From contig NW_025964334.1 in assembly GCF_023055435.1 (NCBI RefSeq), positions 32,550,001 through 32,614,000 on the forward strand: 64,000 bases of DNA, in the 5' to 3' direction. The number at the start of each line of letters is the position of its first letter. Within the stretch, counting starts at the first letter, position 1. Source of the stretch: Haliotis rufescens (Eukaryota). The notes below the pieces were generated by a model, which was not told the origin of the DNA, did no database searches, and saw only the letters and a program-made list of their open reading frames with translations. Below are positions 12,662-25,384 of the stretch, piece by piece. Position numbers and translations under genes: made by a program.

Positions 12662-12822
12662 AAGTGAGTGAATGTGGTTTAAAGCCGCTTTTAGCAATAT
12701 TCCAGCAAAGTCACGGCGGGGGACACCAGAAATGGGCTTCACACATTGTACCCATGTCGGGAATCGAACCCGGGTCTTCGGCGTGACCAGCGAAAGCTTT
12801 AACCACTAGGCTACACCACGCC
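12662..12822 (-). mobile_element. SINE family A
   Basis: High identity to the other A copies. Confidence 0.93.
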
Positions 12823-13199
12823 TTAATGACGGAATGAAGACAGACAGACAGACAGACAGACATATATTCATGACCACTTGTGTGCAGGTTACGGAAAGTG
12901 ACGAGAGGTGACGAGTGAGACACCTTGTGAATCCCACAAACCACACAGCGCCTTTTAATGGCAGATAATACCATAGTGCAAGGCACCTTCTACACATTGT
13001 CTCTTAAACAACAAGGTAATTTCGTTGCTCTGCCAAGCCTACGAAGGGCATTCCACCGCAATAGAATGTGTAAAATATGTGATATTTGACTGCATAGCAC
13101 AGTAAGCATTCTCTATCGTTTCGTGATTATCCCAGGGCTGCAACATATCAATGGTGGCTAATACTGTTAGGGTAAGACCTTTACCTGTTTGCACGCAGT

Positions 13200-13410
13200 G
13201 CATCTATAAGTAGGAGGCTGTAGATCTCGCGAGACCTGAGCGTGAGGTAACCGCTTCCGAACATTGCAGGAATAGTCTCCGCGTTACGTGATGCTGTATT
13301 TGTGGGTAGCTGGATGCTAGGGGTGACTCACGGTCGACTGTACGCCCCCGCGCCAGACGCTGTGGGGGAGGGGGGCTGGCAAGACGGAGAAGGAACGCCA
13401 CAGTGGTGAT
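13200..13410. promoter_or_regulatory. CpG-rich promoter/enhancer-like patch
   Basis: Perfect palindrome TCTCGCGAGA at 13225-13234, AP-1 TGACTCA and bZIP GTTACGTGAT. Confidence 0.35.
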
Positions 13411-13665
13411 GGGGGGGGGGGGGGGGGGGGGGGGGGGGGAGAGAGACTATGTTATGGGGCGTGTTGCAAGTTAATGTTACGACGCTACATTCTTCCCATG
13501 TCCTTTTCGTCTGTCTTTCTCTGACATTTTTTCTTTATTTCCACTTTTTCAAAATTTGTCATAATCAATTGTGGAATACTTATAGAAGAGACGAGAATAT
13601 ATCTTCATTAATGTCAACAATTATGAAAACAAATTATATCCTTTCACGTAATGAAGCCATCTAAA

Positions 13666-13937
13666 NNNNNNNNNNNNNNNNNNNNNNNNNNNNNNNNNNN
13701 NNNNNNNNNNNNNNNNNNNNNNNNNNNNNNNNNNNNNNNNNNNNNNNNNNNNNNNNNNNNNNNNNNNNNNNNNNNNNNNNNNNNNNNNNNNNNNNNNNNN
13801 NNNNNNNNNNNNNNNNNNNNNNNNNNNNNNNNNNNNNNNNNNNNNNNNNNNNNNNNNNNNNNNNNNNNNNNNNNNNNNNNNNNNNNNNNNNNNNNNNNNN
13901 NNNNNNNNNNNNNNNNNNNNNNNNNNNNNNNNNNNNN
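13666..13937. other. Assembly gap
   Basis: Run of N. Confidence 1.
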
Positions 13938-14105
13938 ATATCCAATACGGCCCATACAAGTCTATAATGTTTGGCAAGTCTAGATTACTGCAGAATCAGT
14001 ATCTGAAAATGAGAGAGTCTCTGGACATCTTTTTATTATTTTTTTATTAAGATAACTTAAAAACTGAATTTTTCTGATATGTTCATTTCGGAGACTAGAT
14101 GCTAG
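13938..14105. mobile_element. Dispersed repeat family F (unclassified, about 170-200 bp)
   Basis: Reverse complement of 22885-23052. Diverged copies lie at about 16660-16800, 41115-41240 and 46960-47160. Confidence 0.7.
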
Positions 14106-14128
14106 TGCAGTATGTATGTATGTATGTA

Positions 14129-14165
<37 letters not shown>

Positions 14166-14879
14166 GGACATTTATGAATTACGAGTCTGTAAGGATTTTC
14201 GGTGCAGAATATATCCCCTGTATCTAAAACCGTTGTTCAGGCTATCAACCATTTGTTTTCCCGATCCAGACTCGGCTATTACAGGAAGCCGTGGAATCTG
14301 GATGCAGTTTTAACAACATTTACTGGGGTGGGGTGGGTGGGGGGTGGGTGGGGGTGGGGGGTGGGGGGGGGGGGGGGGGTGTCACTTGCACAAGCGGTCA
14401 TGGTAAAAACCAAACCCTTGACATCATAAGGCTTCAGAATTAAAAAAACTTGCACATACAGACTTATTAGGCTTATGAGACACATTAAAATACATGCGTA
14501 TTCATTATGAAAAATATAATAATAAAAATATCAATCACTTTTGCTCTGTCGCCGAACTAAACTGTAGCCTCTATAAAATTCAGCCTCGTCCATCAAGTTT
14601 CTTGAAGATGTTTTAATATCTTTCAAACAGCGAATTTAAATATCCTCTTTGAAAATACTATTTAAAGGCATTTTATTTTCCGATTATGTCAGAAAGGGCG
14701 TCCTCAAATTTGAAGCAATTTGTACCCCTAAGTCCCTCAAGTTGTGAAGGTCACCGAAATACCAGATTTTGGCTGTTTTTTCCCCAGAAAACTGTCGCCG
14801 TACATCTGTAACCCATTCTGTGATATGCTGATTGTATGATATAAAATCCACACCGTCTGTGAATCAAGCGCTTAATCAC

Positions 14880-15440
14880 TTTACACTTCTCTCTGTAAGT
14901 AGCCGTGAGAACCTCACAGCATAAACAGACACGGAGCAGATGCGCATGCGGTGCCGGACATCCGCTACCACGGAATTGTGGGACGGTTTCGTACAGGTGT
15001 GGATTCCTACGATGTAACTTCCTGCATTTGGGTGACGTCACAGCGTTACAACGGCTTCCAGTGGGTATTTTTAAACAGTTTCCAGGCCTCAATTCAGATG
15101 TTCACTTAATTAATCCCAACTGTTAGACCGCCTGGTAGATTTAAACTGCATCCATGTCATATTTGAAAAAAATCTTTCTGTCTGTTTTCGGAGTCATTAA
15201 CTCTCGTTACCCGCCCATACAGAACTACTTTCTCCCTGACCTCCGAAATTATGTCATGTGACCTCTCGACCCCCATGGCGCCTGAAGAGTTTTGCGATTC
15301 GCAGATTCCGAGTGAGGCTGTGCGTATGGTTCAGTCATATTAACACAAATTGGTTATAATCACTGACAGATTAGGGTGCTATCGACAAGCCTGGTAAAAT
15401 CGCTTTCCCACGATGTAAGTCTTGTGAGAAAAAGGTTGAG
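14880..15440. promoter_or_regulatory. Promoter-like motif cluster
   Basis: NRF1 TGCGCATGCG (14941), CRE TGACGTCA (15033), ETS ACTTCCTG, nuclear-receptor half-sites TGACCT and Su(H) TTCCCACG. The stretch is TE-free. Confidence 0.4.
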
Positions 15441-16094
15441 ATTCATTTGTATAACGGAAACATTTATTCTTTTTTCGACCCTATGTTTGTTAAAGACTTT
15501 TTACATTTCTTCTTTTCTAAAATATTTTTAAGCGTCCCATTTGTTAATTTATTCTACAAGTATCTTATTTCTATTGCAATGCGTTCAGGTATTTGTGTCA
15601 TTAACCCCCTAAAATGAAAATAATTTTAGACTTTTTTGTGTGGGTTCAATTGTTTTTTAATGTAGTAGATGAAGGCGACCATTGTCCTGCACTATAAGTG
15701 TGGGATATACTTGTGTTTTATGGAAACAAGATATTAAAAAGAAATTCTAGCCAGTTCTATTCCACAGGGGGGAAATAGAGTAAAGGAATGCATTGTATAA
15801 TAAAATATTTCATGTACTATATATTGGTCTCACGAGCCCATAGAATCTTATTATACTGTATTTGTTGTAACCAAGTAAGAATGTGATTTAAACAGGAACA
15901 TCACCATGGTAATAAGGATGTCTCCCATAAGAATAGACAGACAGATATGCGTAGAGCAAGAAATAGTCTATGAACTCTTTCAGCACAAAATCCATTTCTC
16001 TCCTCTAAAATTAAAACAGAAAATTTCCTGATGCGGATTTGTGGAATAGAGCATGCTAGAGCAGGACTAAGACAAACGGTAAGATGTGAAAAAT

Positions 16095-16232
16095 AAAACA
16101 TACGGTAAAAACACAACTACGTTCAAACTATGACCCGTATCAAAGACATCACCATCGAAAAAACATTTCTTGTTTGTTTCATCTTTGGCCAGCATCAACA
16201 TGGGTGTATACTTTCTTTTGCACGACAGTTTA
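16095..16232 (-). mobile_element. MITE family E, partial
   Basis: Ends in gggtgtatactttcttttgcacgacagtt. Confidence 0.75.
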
Positions 16233-18292
16233 CTATAAAACAGTATTCCCGACAGTCTAGCGAGAAACGATAAAACATATGATTCAATGCAGATTTATAA
16301 CCAAACCCCGTTCATCTGGTTCACCTGCCTCTAATCCGTTACACCGACTCGTTATCCCGATACTTGATAATATGGACGATTTCACTATGAAAGCGACCAC
16401 CCAAAATGCATTAAATCCTTTCATTTCAGCGATTGTATTTAAAGAGACGACAAATAAAGTTTACTCTGTTATGTTTTTTTTAATGGGAACGTAATCGACA
16501 AAAAAACAAAATTTGGCGGTTAACATATATTTCATTGTTTAATATAACAGCTTATAAAGTTTCATATTATTATTCCAGACATTAACATTTTTCTATGTCG
16601 TAATTTCACCAAATACGCCACCCTCGAACAGTCACCATCAAACACGGGTGTATACGTTTGACTAGACCAACATTTAGTCTCTGAAATCTTATATTACACA
16701 ATATCCTTCTTGACTCTAAAAATAAAAATAATTCCCTATGCTGATTTCAGGAATATAACTAGCTTGAGCTGGCTAGACTTGCTTTTGTATGCATTTCTAG
16801 ATTTTTATTTTTTCCATAAAATAAATATTTTCCACGATCATGGTGCAGGACTAACTTTTGACCGGTAGTCTATTAAACCGAATGTTAGCTGATCGTCAAG
16901 CAATGTTAATAAGTTCATAGTAATTTAAACAAACCGCACCGCACCGGAAAAACCAGTCTATACAAGCGGGGTTATGACAACAAGCAAATGCAATCGACGT
17001 TTATTCTGCATGCGAAATATATGTTTTCAGGGGATCATGCATATCATGTTTATTAGCACTGTAACCCTTCACCATAGTGCATGGTTGGATATGCATACAT
17101 TTCTCTCGCTCCAGCTGTCCACTGTTGTTCCGTTAACACAGTATGTAATACCCTTTTGGTTATAACATGAAAGGGTGACGGATCCAACACGACTTCTACC
17201 ATTACCTTAATGATATGTATGATATATTTGATCTCCCGTATTTGCTATTCACCGTAAACGTGAACTGCGGTAGGTTAGAACAAGGAATGTTAAACTCTGT
17301 GATCTCCGAACATAAACAGAAAATCGGCACACTGGCTTGGCATTCGCTTTGAAATTCGTTATCATAAACCCTCGACCAAACTGTTGTTAAAACCCTCGTA
17401 TGCTTTTGGTAAATTATTTAAACTGCAGGGGTTCCATATTTGTGTTGGAATGATCACGATAGCGCATGCACATAATGATCTTACAGTTTCGCCATCTCCT
17501 TGTCTCTGTGATATTTTCTGACACGGCGCTGCGCACAGCACAGATAAAACTGGGATAAGTCAGGGAGGTTATCTCTCAGCCCTCGTTTTCATCCTTCTGC
17601 ACGTGCTACAAAGATAACAACATTTGACCACGTGGCCATCGTAACGGCATCATCAACTTTATTGCTGATAAAACACAGAAACACTCCTGCTTCTTCCCAA
17701 TAAGACAGGTTCTACTTTGCTTTACCACTCGCCATTTTAACAAGTGATAACTTATCGACCAATCAGATTGCTGGATTGTCGGTTGTCCGGTACGGCACTT
17801 GACGAAGGAAACCATTACCTTAACAAGCTTATCTGTCGATGATGTTGGATAACAGACGTCTGTAGGAAGAAAAAAACATTATATCAGAGCCATCTTTCCG
17901 CGATGAAACCATCCACCCTTTATCGCATCTTGCCTTGATAAGCACTTTCACAATATGGACCAAGGAGATAATTAATTACCAAGGCACGCGTTGTTATCTT
18001 GTGTCTAGTTCGCGGTCTTGACTGCGCTCCTAACGTTACGCTTTGAAGACGTTTGCGTGTTCCACTTTGTCAACGACTAGGAACTGAGCAACAACTCGTT
18101 ACGCTGTGAACATGCTGGTCATTCCAGGGTATTTGGGTGTCCGGTATCAAAGACAGTATCGGTCTGGTTTATTGGAAGGGATTTGTGATGATTATGCTTG
18201 CTCTCTGAAATGATTTTAAAGGGTGGTAAAAGTGTATTTTAATTCATAATATAAATGAAGCCAATGGTGTATCTTTATTTTTCTGAAACTGA

Positions 18293-18449
18293 GTGAATAT
18301 TATTCTACGCCGCTTTACCAATATTCCAGCAATGTCACGGCGGGGGACACCAGAAAAGGGCTTCACACGTTGTACCCATGTCGGGAATCGAACCTGGGTC
18401 TTCGGTGTGACGAGCGAACGCTAACCACTAACCTACCCAACCGTACCCC
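18293..18449 (-). mobile_element. SINE family A
   Basis: Family match; TSD tgaaactga at 18284-18292 and 18451-18459. Confidence 0.92.
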
Positions 18450-18533
18450 ATGAAACTGAAGAAAGCTAGACATGCCAAAGTATTGTAGACTAGCTATATT
18501 GTTTTGTTTCAGGGTCGGTATGAGAGACAGATA

Positions 18534-20038
18534 TACTGAACAATAAAAGTTCCTGTGACATTCAATAAGATTTGATGCAAAGTTATGTTTTTTACCAAAT
18601 CTGAAACAATTTCTGTTTGCAACAGATAAAAGACTCCTGTAAGTGTTCAAATGGTTTTTATTAGCCATAGTGACTTCAGAAAATGCGTGATTTCATAAAA
18701 AAAAATATGAACATGCCAAAATGTCAATTTACAAATCAATAGCGTGTGTGTCCACCTCTGGTTGCGATGCAAGCAACACATCTTCGCCTCATGGAATGGG
18801 CCAGGCGTCGCACAAAGTCCTGTGGGATATCTGTCCATATCTGCTGGAGCATGTTTCGAAGTACCTGGAGTGTCTGTGGAACACGTGGTTGACGCCGAAG
18901 ACCCGATCCATCTCATCCTACATGTGCTCGATTGGTGAGAGATCAGGGGATCGAGCCGGCCAGGGGATGACATGCATTCACGTTGTTTTGTTGAAGAGAA
19001 TCCTGAACAAGTCGCGCAATATGAGGCCGGGCGTTGTCATGTTGAAAGGTAATGCCTGGGCCATGACGACGCAAAAACGGAAGAACAACAGGGACGATGA
19101 TCTCGTCGCGTAGGCGCTGTCCATTGAGATTTCCCTCTACAACTATCAAACGGGTCCTCTGTCTTGCTGTAATCCCACCCCATACCATAACGCTGCCGCC
19201 CCCGAACCGATCTTCTTCCATGACACAATGATTGTGGTAACGTTCACCTCGACGTCGGTACACTCGAATCCGTCCATCGCTGTGGCTGAGGTGAAAACGA
19301 GACTCGTCAGTGAATAGAACTTGTCGACTGCATGGCTTCTAGCGTAGACGCTGTCTGCACCACTGTAGACGTGCTTGACGGTGGTTTCCTGTCAAAATGG
19401 GACGTCTGGTGGGTCTTCTGGCGACAATCTTTGCACATCTGAGGCGGCGACGTACGGTTTGTGAAGATAGGCCAGGGATGCTTCTTGCAGTCAATGTTGC
19501 TGGCTGGAATCGATTTCGTAGGTGTGTTGTTCGAATCCAGTTGTCTTGTCGATTATTGGTTACGCGTGGCCTGCCACTCCGAGGATGGTCTCTGACTACA
19601 TTCTTCTATTGCCAACGTTGCCATAAACACCAAATGGTGTTTCCGTGGACGTTAAATTGTCTTGCAACATCACGTTGACTCGATCATGCTTCAAGCATAC
19701 CAATGACTCGCAGACGCTCATTTTCGGACAGGCGTGGTATTTCGTAATGTTGAGTAATTGCGTAATTTTGTTGTTTTTCTGAGTGGTTGTTGTCAGCACG
19801 ATGCTAAACGATGCATATGAAATCCCGTTAACGCACATGTTTTTATACCCATTCTTTGGTAGTGAAATGCATGGGGCTTGCATAAAAGTCAGCTTTTGCA
19901 TGGAATGCATGCTTTTCTGTAGCAGTTGCGTTTTTGTGACTTGATTCCATACATGTACTACAATACTGAAAACCAAACTTTACTTGTTTGAAAAATACAC
20001 TAAAATATTGGTGTCACAGGAACTTTTGTTGTTGAGTA
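18534..20038 (-). mobile_element. Full-length Tc1/mariner (Tc1, DD34E) DNA transposon, inactive
   Basis: About 27-bp TIRs tactgaacaataaaagttcctgtgaca / tgtcacaggaacttttgttgttgagta, TA on both flanks, about 1.5 kb long. Confidence 0.95.
18737..19740 (-). pseudogene. Disrupted Tc1 transposase
   Basis: Motifs RSGRPRVT, VLFTDESRF, GGGSVMVWGGI, FQHDNARPH, WPARSPDLSPIEH and terminal GGHTRY*. The start is ATA rather than ATG and there are several in-frame stops. Removing a 4-bp insertion near 18970 restores the D34E spacing. Confidence 0.93.
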
Positions 20039-20099
20039 TATATGTGCAATTTACTTCTTTGGTGAAAACGTTCCTACCACGTTAGGCTTTCACGTTAGG

Positions 20100-20342
20100 C
20101 AGTCGTCTAAGGCGCCGCGACTCTGTGCAGAGATGCGCCCCTTGGGCACGCAAGACATCTATGATTGTGGCTTCGAATCCCGGTTCGTCCCGATTATGTT
20201 TCTAGGTTTGTCAGCATCCCCGTGCTCGTGGGATTCACCAAAGTGGTAAACGTCTGAGACCTGCATCACTTCGGGTTTTGCTGACACGCCGTGATATAAC
20301 TGGAATAAAAAAGCGGCGTTAAACCCAACTCACTCACTCACT
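20100..20342 (+). mobile_element. SINE family D
   Basis: gtcgtctaaggcgccgcgact...ttcgaatcccgg head, shared tail and (ACTC)n. Confidence 0.9.
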
Positions 20343-22884
20343 ATAAAGATATTTTAACAACTTTTTTTCTGTAAAGTGTTTTCATGTCAAAACCTAGATG
20401 TTTGTCTAAAACATATCGATGAGGTTTCTGAACTAATACTGTCGTTTTCCATGTGCAACCGATATAAATATCAATCTAGTTCAAGAGTTTGATTACTCGC
20501 GCATTTCTAAATGCCGGACTGTGTTTATGTGATTCTGACAATATCAAATGTATTCAAATGAACCTACAATACCTCTTTCATATTTGTGCTTTCAAATCAG
20601 TAACTTATTGTGGTCAATTTCGATGCAAATGCGCCAATTCATTGGTAGACACGCTCATGCCTTTGTGATGTGGAACCGCTGGTAACAATGTCTTTCTTCA
20701 AGACAAAGTGCGATAAAGCCTAAAACGGCGTCGAAACGGAACGAACCCCATTCCTTCTAACCCGGCTCCCCGCTGTATAAATGAAGATGTATTCCTGACT
20801 ATCTCATCTGTCTGGTGACTACAAAATAATGGATCTGCTACCGAAACGAAAGCGTAGTAAACATTCCTGTTTTTCGCATTACCCGCGGTTTAGTGTCTCG
20901 TTGAAGCCGTAATGAAAAACAAAGGGCGGTAATAACTAAGATGAACAGCTGAATCGATATCTTCGCAGAGATCCAAGGACAGATAAGGATATTCTTTTCC
21001 TTTCATGTACGGGACACTTTGTCTAAAGATGAAATCTGGAACTCTCACTGACCTTGTAATATAGTGTTGCACGTGGTGGATCGTTTCAAGGGACAATCGG
21101 TTTTAAGTGTCATGGCTTATCAAGCTCGACAGTACAAGAACCTTTAAAAATGAGGAAAGAAAATTTACATTTTTTTTCATTGTATCTGTTTATCATATCA
21201 TTTCAATTATATTCATGGGTTGTTTTTTTTCATTTGGTCTCATGTCGTTTTATGAACCAGACAGCTAAACCTTTTTAACGCAGTTGTCAGATGTCAATGA
21301 GACGTCTGGTACATTTGATCTCTTTCTCTCATCTGTTTTCTTAAATTTTGGATATTTTGTTTCAAGAAATTTAAAAGCGCTCGTAAATTAACCATACAAT
21401 GGATGCCACACATTCTTCAGCACGTGAACTCCATGTCGCCGTCCACTGAAGTCGCTAGAGGCAGACGACAAGTCTATCCTTCCCGCCACAGCGATTGTTC
21501 TCGTCTGACCACGCCCCCTTTATCTCCAGCAGACGATATAATGCCATCACATCCCAGAAAGACAAATTTGGAGAAGGAACTATCTCCAGGTATAGTGATA
21601 AGCGATCCTAGGTTTATAAACAAAATTAATCTTTGCTGTGGCCATCCCGTCTTCAAAACCCAGTCTCGTTCAACTCTCGTCGCCGACGCGAGTTATCCAT
21701 CATCATAAAGCTCTCTTCCTCAGATGGGCAGACAATAAACACCAGCAACGGTTGTTTACAAATATTTAGCCGCGTGGATAGATTCCTCCAACCTCTTCAA
21801 CTTCAGATTGGGAGAATCCTACATTAAGGGGTCGCGTCTTTATTTACACCCGTGGCCTGGAAAATCAAAGGAAGCCATTCCTGATAAACAAGACCATGTT
21901 TACAGATATTTATTTTCACGGGAGTACTTTGAGTGTACATTCAATCTTTGTGTAAAAGTTACACTGTAAATCAAACATAATAATCTTCCAGGACTTAAAG
22001 TTAAGTGTTATCACAAGCGTGCACTTGAAACGTTAAACTGTTACCTACTTTCCAAACCGGGTTTATGACAGCTGAAAGCTGTTCGTCAGGGTCATGTCAG
22101 ATGTGTTAATGTTATTCGAGAAGATTACGATGCAAGCTGAAGTCAAAGCATTACATTTAGAAATGGGTGTGCCGTAATTTTGCAAAGACAAAACACACTC
22201 ATTAGAGAATATTTTGTTTGGTAAATATATGCTTATTTTTAACATCTTTTTGTTTGATGTAGTTTATTTTTCAGTTAACTTAGGACATCAACTTAAAAGC
22301 AACAACCTGACAGTTTTTCTCATCCGCATCTTCGCATAAATCAGTAAAAGAGAAACTAGTCGCGTCTATATACGCGCGGTTTATTTTTGGAACCTTGTAT
22401 GATGATATCATAGACTATAATACGCTGTCAGAATTTTAAATCGTTTCTATTTGTTTGAATTCAAGCTTCGTTTAATCATTCCTGATTCCATATCGAAACT
22501 CAACAATCACTTTGATGTGAAGTGTTGTTGAAAGCGTCAGTTCTCGGAATTCCTCAAAGAGCGAGTTCTTAGACGTAATTTTCGGGTAGCATGAAACCAT
22601 GGAAACGTCACTCTTTGAAACTAGCCGCCATCTTGATTTATGGCGATCACAACAGGAGTCGTCTAATCGTATCACGTGACATAAATCTAGTGTCCATCAA
22701 CAAACCTTTCATTAAAATGTCAAAATATGTTGTTTTGTGCATTCAAACGTCGTTTAAAACTTCTTCACTTTTTGGAAAGTTCATAGGATTTGTTGTTTGA
22801 TCACCAGTTGGACCAATTTGCAAAGCCAACGACTTCTCAGTGAACCCAGGTGGAATTCAATTGTTGATCTACAGATGAAAGCTT

Positions 22885-23052
22885 GGACTAACATCTAGTC
22901 TCTGAAATGAACATATTTTACAGAACAAACAGTTGTTAAATTATAGTTATAAATATAATAAAAAGGAACCAAGGGACTTTCTTCATTTTCAGAGACTGCA
23001 GTAATCTAGACTTGCCAAACGTTATAGACTTGCATGGGCTGTATTGGATATA
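22885..23052. mobile_element. Dispersed repeat family F
   Basis: Inverted match to 13938-14105. Confidence 0.7.
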
Positions 23053-23084
23053 TTTGTTTCGTGGTCTGTATGACAGACTAATGA

Positions 23085-23209
23085 GTGAGTGAGTATGGTT
23101 TTACGCCGCTTTTAGCAATATTCCAGCAATATCACGGCGGGGAAAACCAGAAATGGTCTTCACACATTGTACCCATGTCAGGAATCGAATTCGGGTTTTC
23201 GGCGTGACG
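23085..23209 (-). mobile_element. SINE family A, 5'-truncated
   Basis: Perfect 13-bp TSD gacagactaatga at 23072-23084 and 23210-23222. Confidence 0.93.
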
Positions 23210-24229
23210 GACAGACTAATGAAAGCTGAGTGAAACCATATATCACTTATTTATTCAAGTATTAAATTCGCTTTAGTTGTTGTCATGTTTAAATTGTAAA
23301 CACGTTTCTAAAATGTTTAATTCATAACATACCTCACAGGCCTGAAAGTCTGCCAAGTGTGTACTTCATCCCAGGACAGAAATACGTAGCTGTCAATCAA
23401 CCTCGTCGGATACATGAATCAATAGTCTTCACCTTTTTGTTAATTATTGTGAACAGCTACATATTTCTGTGATCACAGCTAATTCCGAGAGTTATTTTGA
23501 TAAATCTATCTCAACCGACACAGTCGTATTGAGATTTCCCTTTCCCTCTTTACACAGTACGTGATATTCAATATTTGGGGATTTCTTTCCCATTTCGAAT
23601 AGAACTCACATTTTACAAATGCATGCAAACGTTAGGTAATCTGAACTTTCAGAATGACGTGGAAAAAAGTCGTAGAGAAGTCATTGTCTGGATTTTATGC
23701 TGTTACTGTTGTCGCTGTTGTTTATTACTGTGGCTACACCTACGTCGTTGACAATGAGGCTACATACCCATAAAGGCAACTACTATTTCGTGGTCATTCA
23801 AAGTTTTGTTGAAAGTACTATCATTATTTTCACGTAAAGGGAGAGAGGCGAGGCGTTTTCGTTCTTCCCTAATGGACGAAAGGCCCCAACGATAGATTTT
23901 GGAGGCGCAAGCTATTGCAATACAGAGATTTGATAAAGGTTTCAATTTGAAAATAACTTCTTTTTCGACAGGTACCTACGGTCTTTATGCAAACATCGTC
24001 GTGGCGTTGTGGTGGCTTACAGAACCAATTCATAAAGGGTGTAACTTGATCTTTCGTTACACTGGACCAACTGTACAAAAGAAAGTGTATATTCTCATGC
24101 TGCGTATATCAATAAGTAAAGAGTGAATGGGTCGGCGTGTGTGGCCACGTTCTAATAATGCAGTCTGCGTTAGTTATGGTCTAACACCTGCGTACATGGA
24201 GTAAATATACCGGATTTGTTGCAACAAAT

Positions 24230-24975
24230 GCCGGGTCTCCACTAGACACCAGGTCTTCAATGGACGCTGGGTCTCTGATAGACACCGGTTCTTCAATAGA
24301 CACCAGGGCCCGCTTGCACAAAGTAATCTTAGCGCTACGACTATCGTAAGCCTACGTTAATGAATGGGAGTTACGATCATCTTAGCACTGATATCGCTTT
24401 GTGCAGGTGGACCCATGTCTTCAACAGCCGCCGAGTTCGAAGAGGCGTCGGGTCGCCAATAGACACCAGGTCTTCAATACACAGTGGGTCTTCAATGGAC
24501 GTCTGGTCGCCAAAAGACGCCGGACTTCGACTAGACATCTGGTCTCTATGAGACGCCCTGTCTTCCATAGACGTCGGTTCACTGAGCAGGTCAAGATCAA
24601 ACTGAAAGTTGAGAAACCGGGTCTCAGGTCTCTAATACACATTAGGAATCACGTAGACGTCGTGTCTGCTATAGACCCAGAATCTCAGACACCGACTTCA
24701 ACAGACGTCGGGTCGCCAATAGACGCCAGGTCTTAAATAAACAGTGGGTCTTCAATGGACGTCTGGTCGCCAGTAGACGCCGGACTTCGACTAGACATCT
24801 GGTCTCTATGAGACGCCCTGTCTTCCATAGACGTCGGTTCACTGAGCAGGTCAAGATCAAACTGAAAGTTGAGAAACCGGATCTCAGGTCTCTAATAGAC
24901 GTAGACGTCGGGTCTTCAATAGACGCCGGGTCTTCATAGTCAAAATTGGAAGATTGAAGCCCGGGTCTCTAATAG
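24230..24975. repeat. Degenerate 18-bp tandem repeat (aatagacaccaggtcttc) with an internal duplication of about 190 bp
   Basis: Visible periodicity; 24447-24638 is repeated at 24707-24898. Confidence 0.85.
24307..24413. mobile_element. MITE family G inserted in the 18-bp repeat
   Basis: Imperfect TIRs ggcccgcttgcacaaag / ctttgtgcaggtggacc, with 3-bp cag/cat flanks splitting a repeat unit. Confidence 0.8.
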
Positions 24976-25367
24976 ATGCAAGGTTCTGCTACGACTAGCA
25001 AAACTCCCATACTTTAACACAGACAATTGTAACGCTAACATCCCTTGTGGAACGGGACCCAGGTTTTTTTGTATACTTTGGGTAAAAAAATACTGACTGG
25101 TCTATATCGTGTTGAAAAAGTGTCCGAGTCTCTGAAACACGCGGAGTCACAAGTCTCAAATATGTGCTCTGTTATAATACTGGTCGAAATCATAGTATCA
25201 AAGGGTACCTATTTGATGTAATACGGTACAGTAACGTGAAACTGTTGCAGGGGAATCAGTTTCACAAAGAGCCTTGTCTCCCATTGTACAAAACCCAAAC
25301 CCCATTAACCTCCACGTGGTAATTACGTACAAGCAGAATAACGCAGGTCAGATTAACAAGCCACAGC

Positions 25368-25384
25368 GCGCCCTCTGGTGGCCA
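25368..25384 (-). promoter_or_regulatory. Consensus CTCF motif
   Basis: The minus strand reads TGGCCACCAGAGGGCGC. Confidence 0.6.

Noticed and set aside
13621-13983. ORFs spanning N runs (also 5288-5536)
   Set aside because: Artefacts of the assembly gaps.
15405-15430. Su(H) paired site (SPS)
   Set aside because: The two sites (TTCCCACG, TGTGAGAA) are in the opposite arrangement and too close for the canonical SPS.
21474-21656. RTE reverse-transcriptase fragment (FINLGSLIT resembles FKYLGS.IT)
   Set aside because: No flanking RT motifs in any frame; probably chance.
24377-24860. Several overlapping ORFs
   Set aside because: Produced by the 18-bp repeat and its duplication, and interrupted by a MITE.
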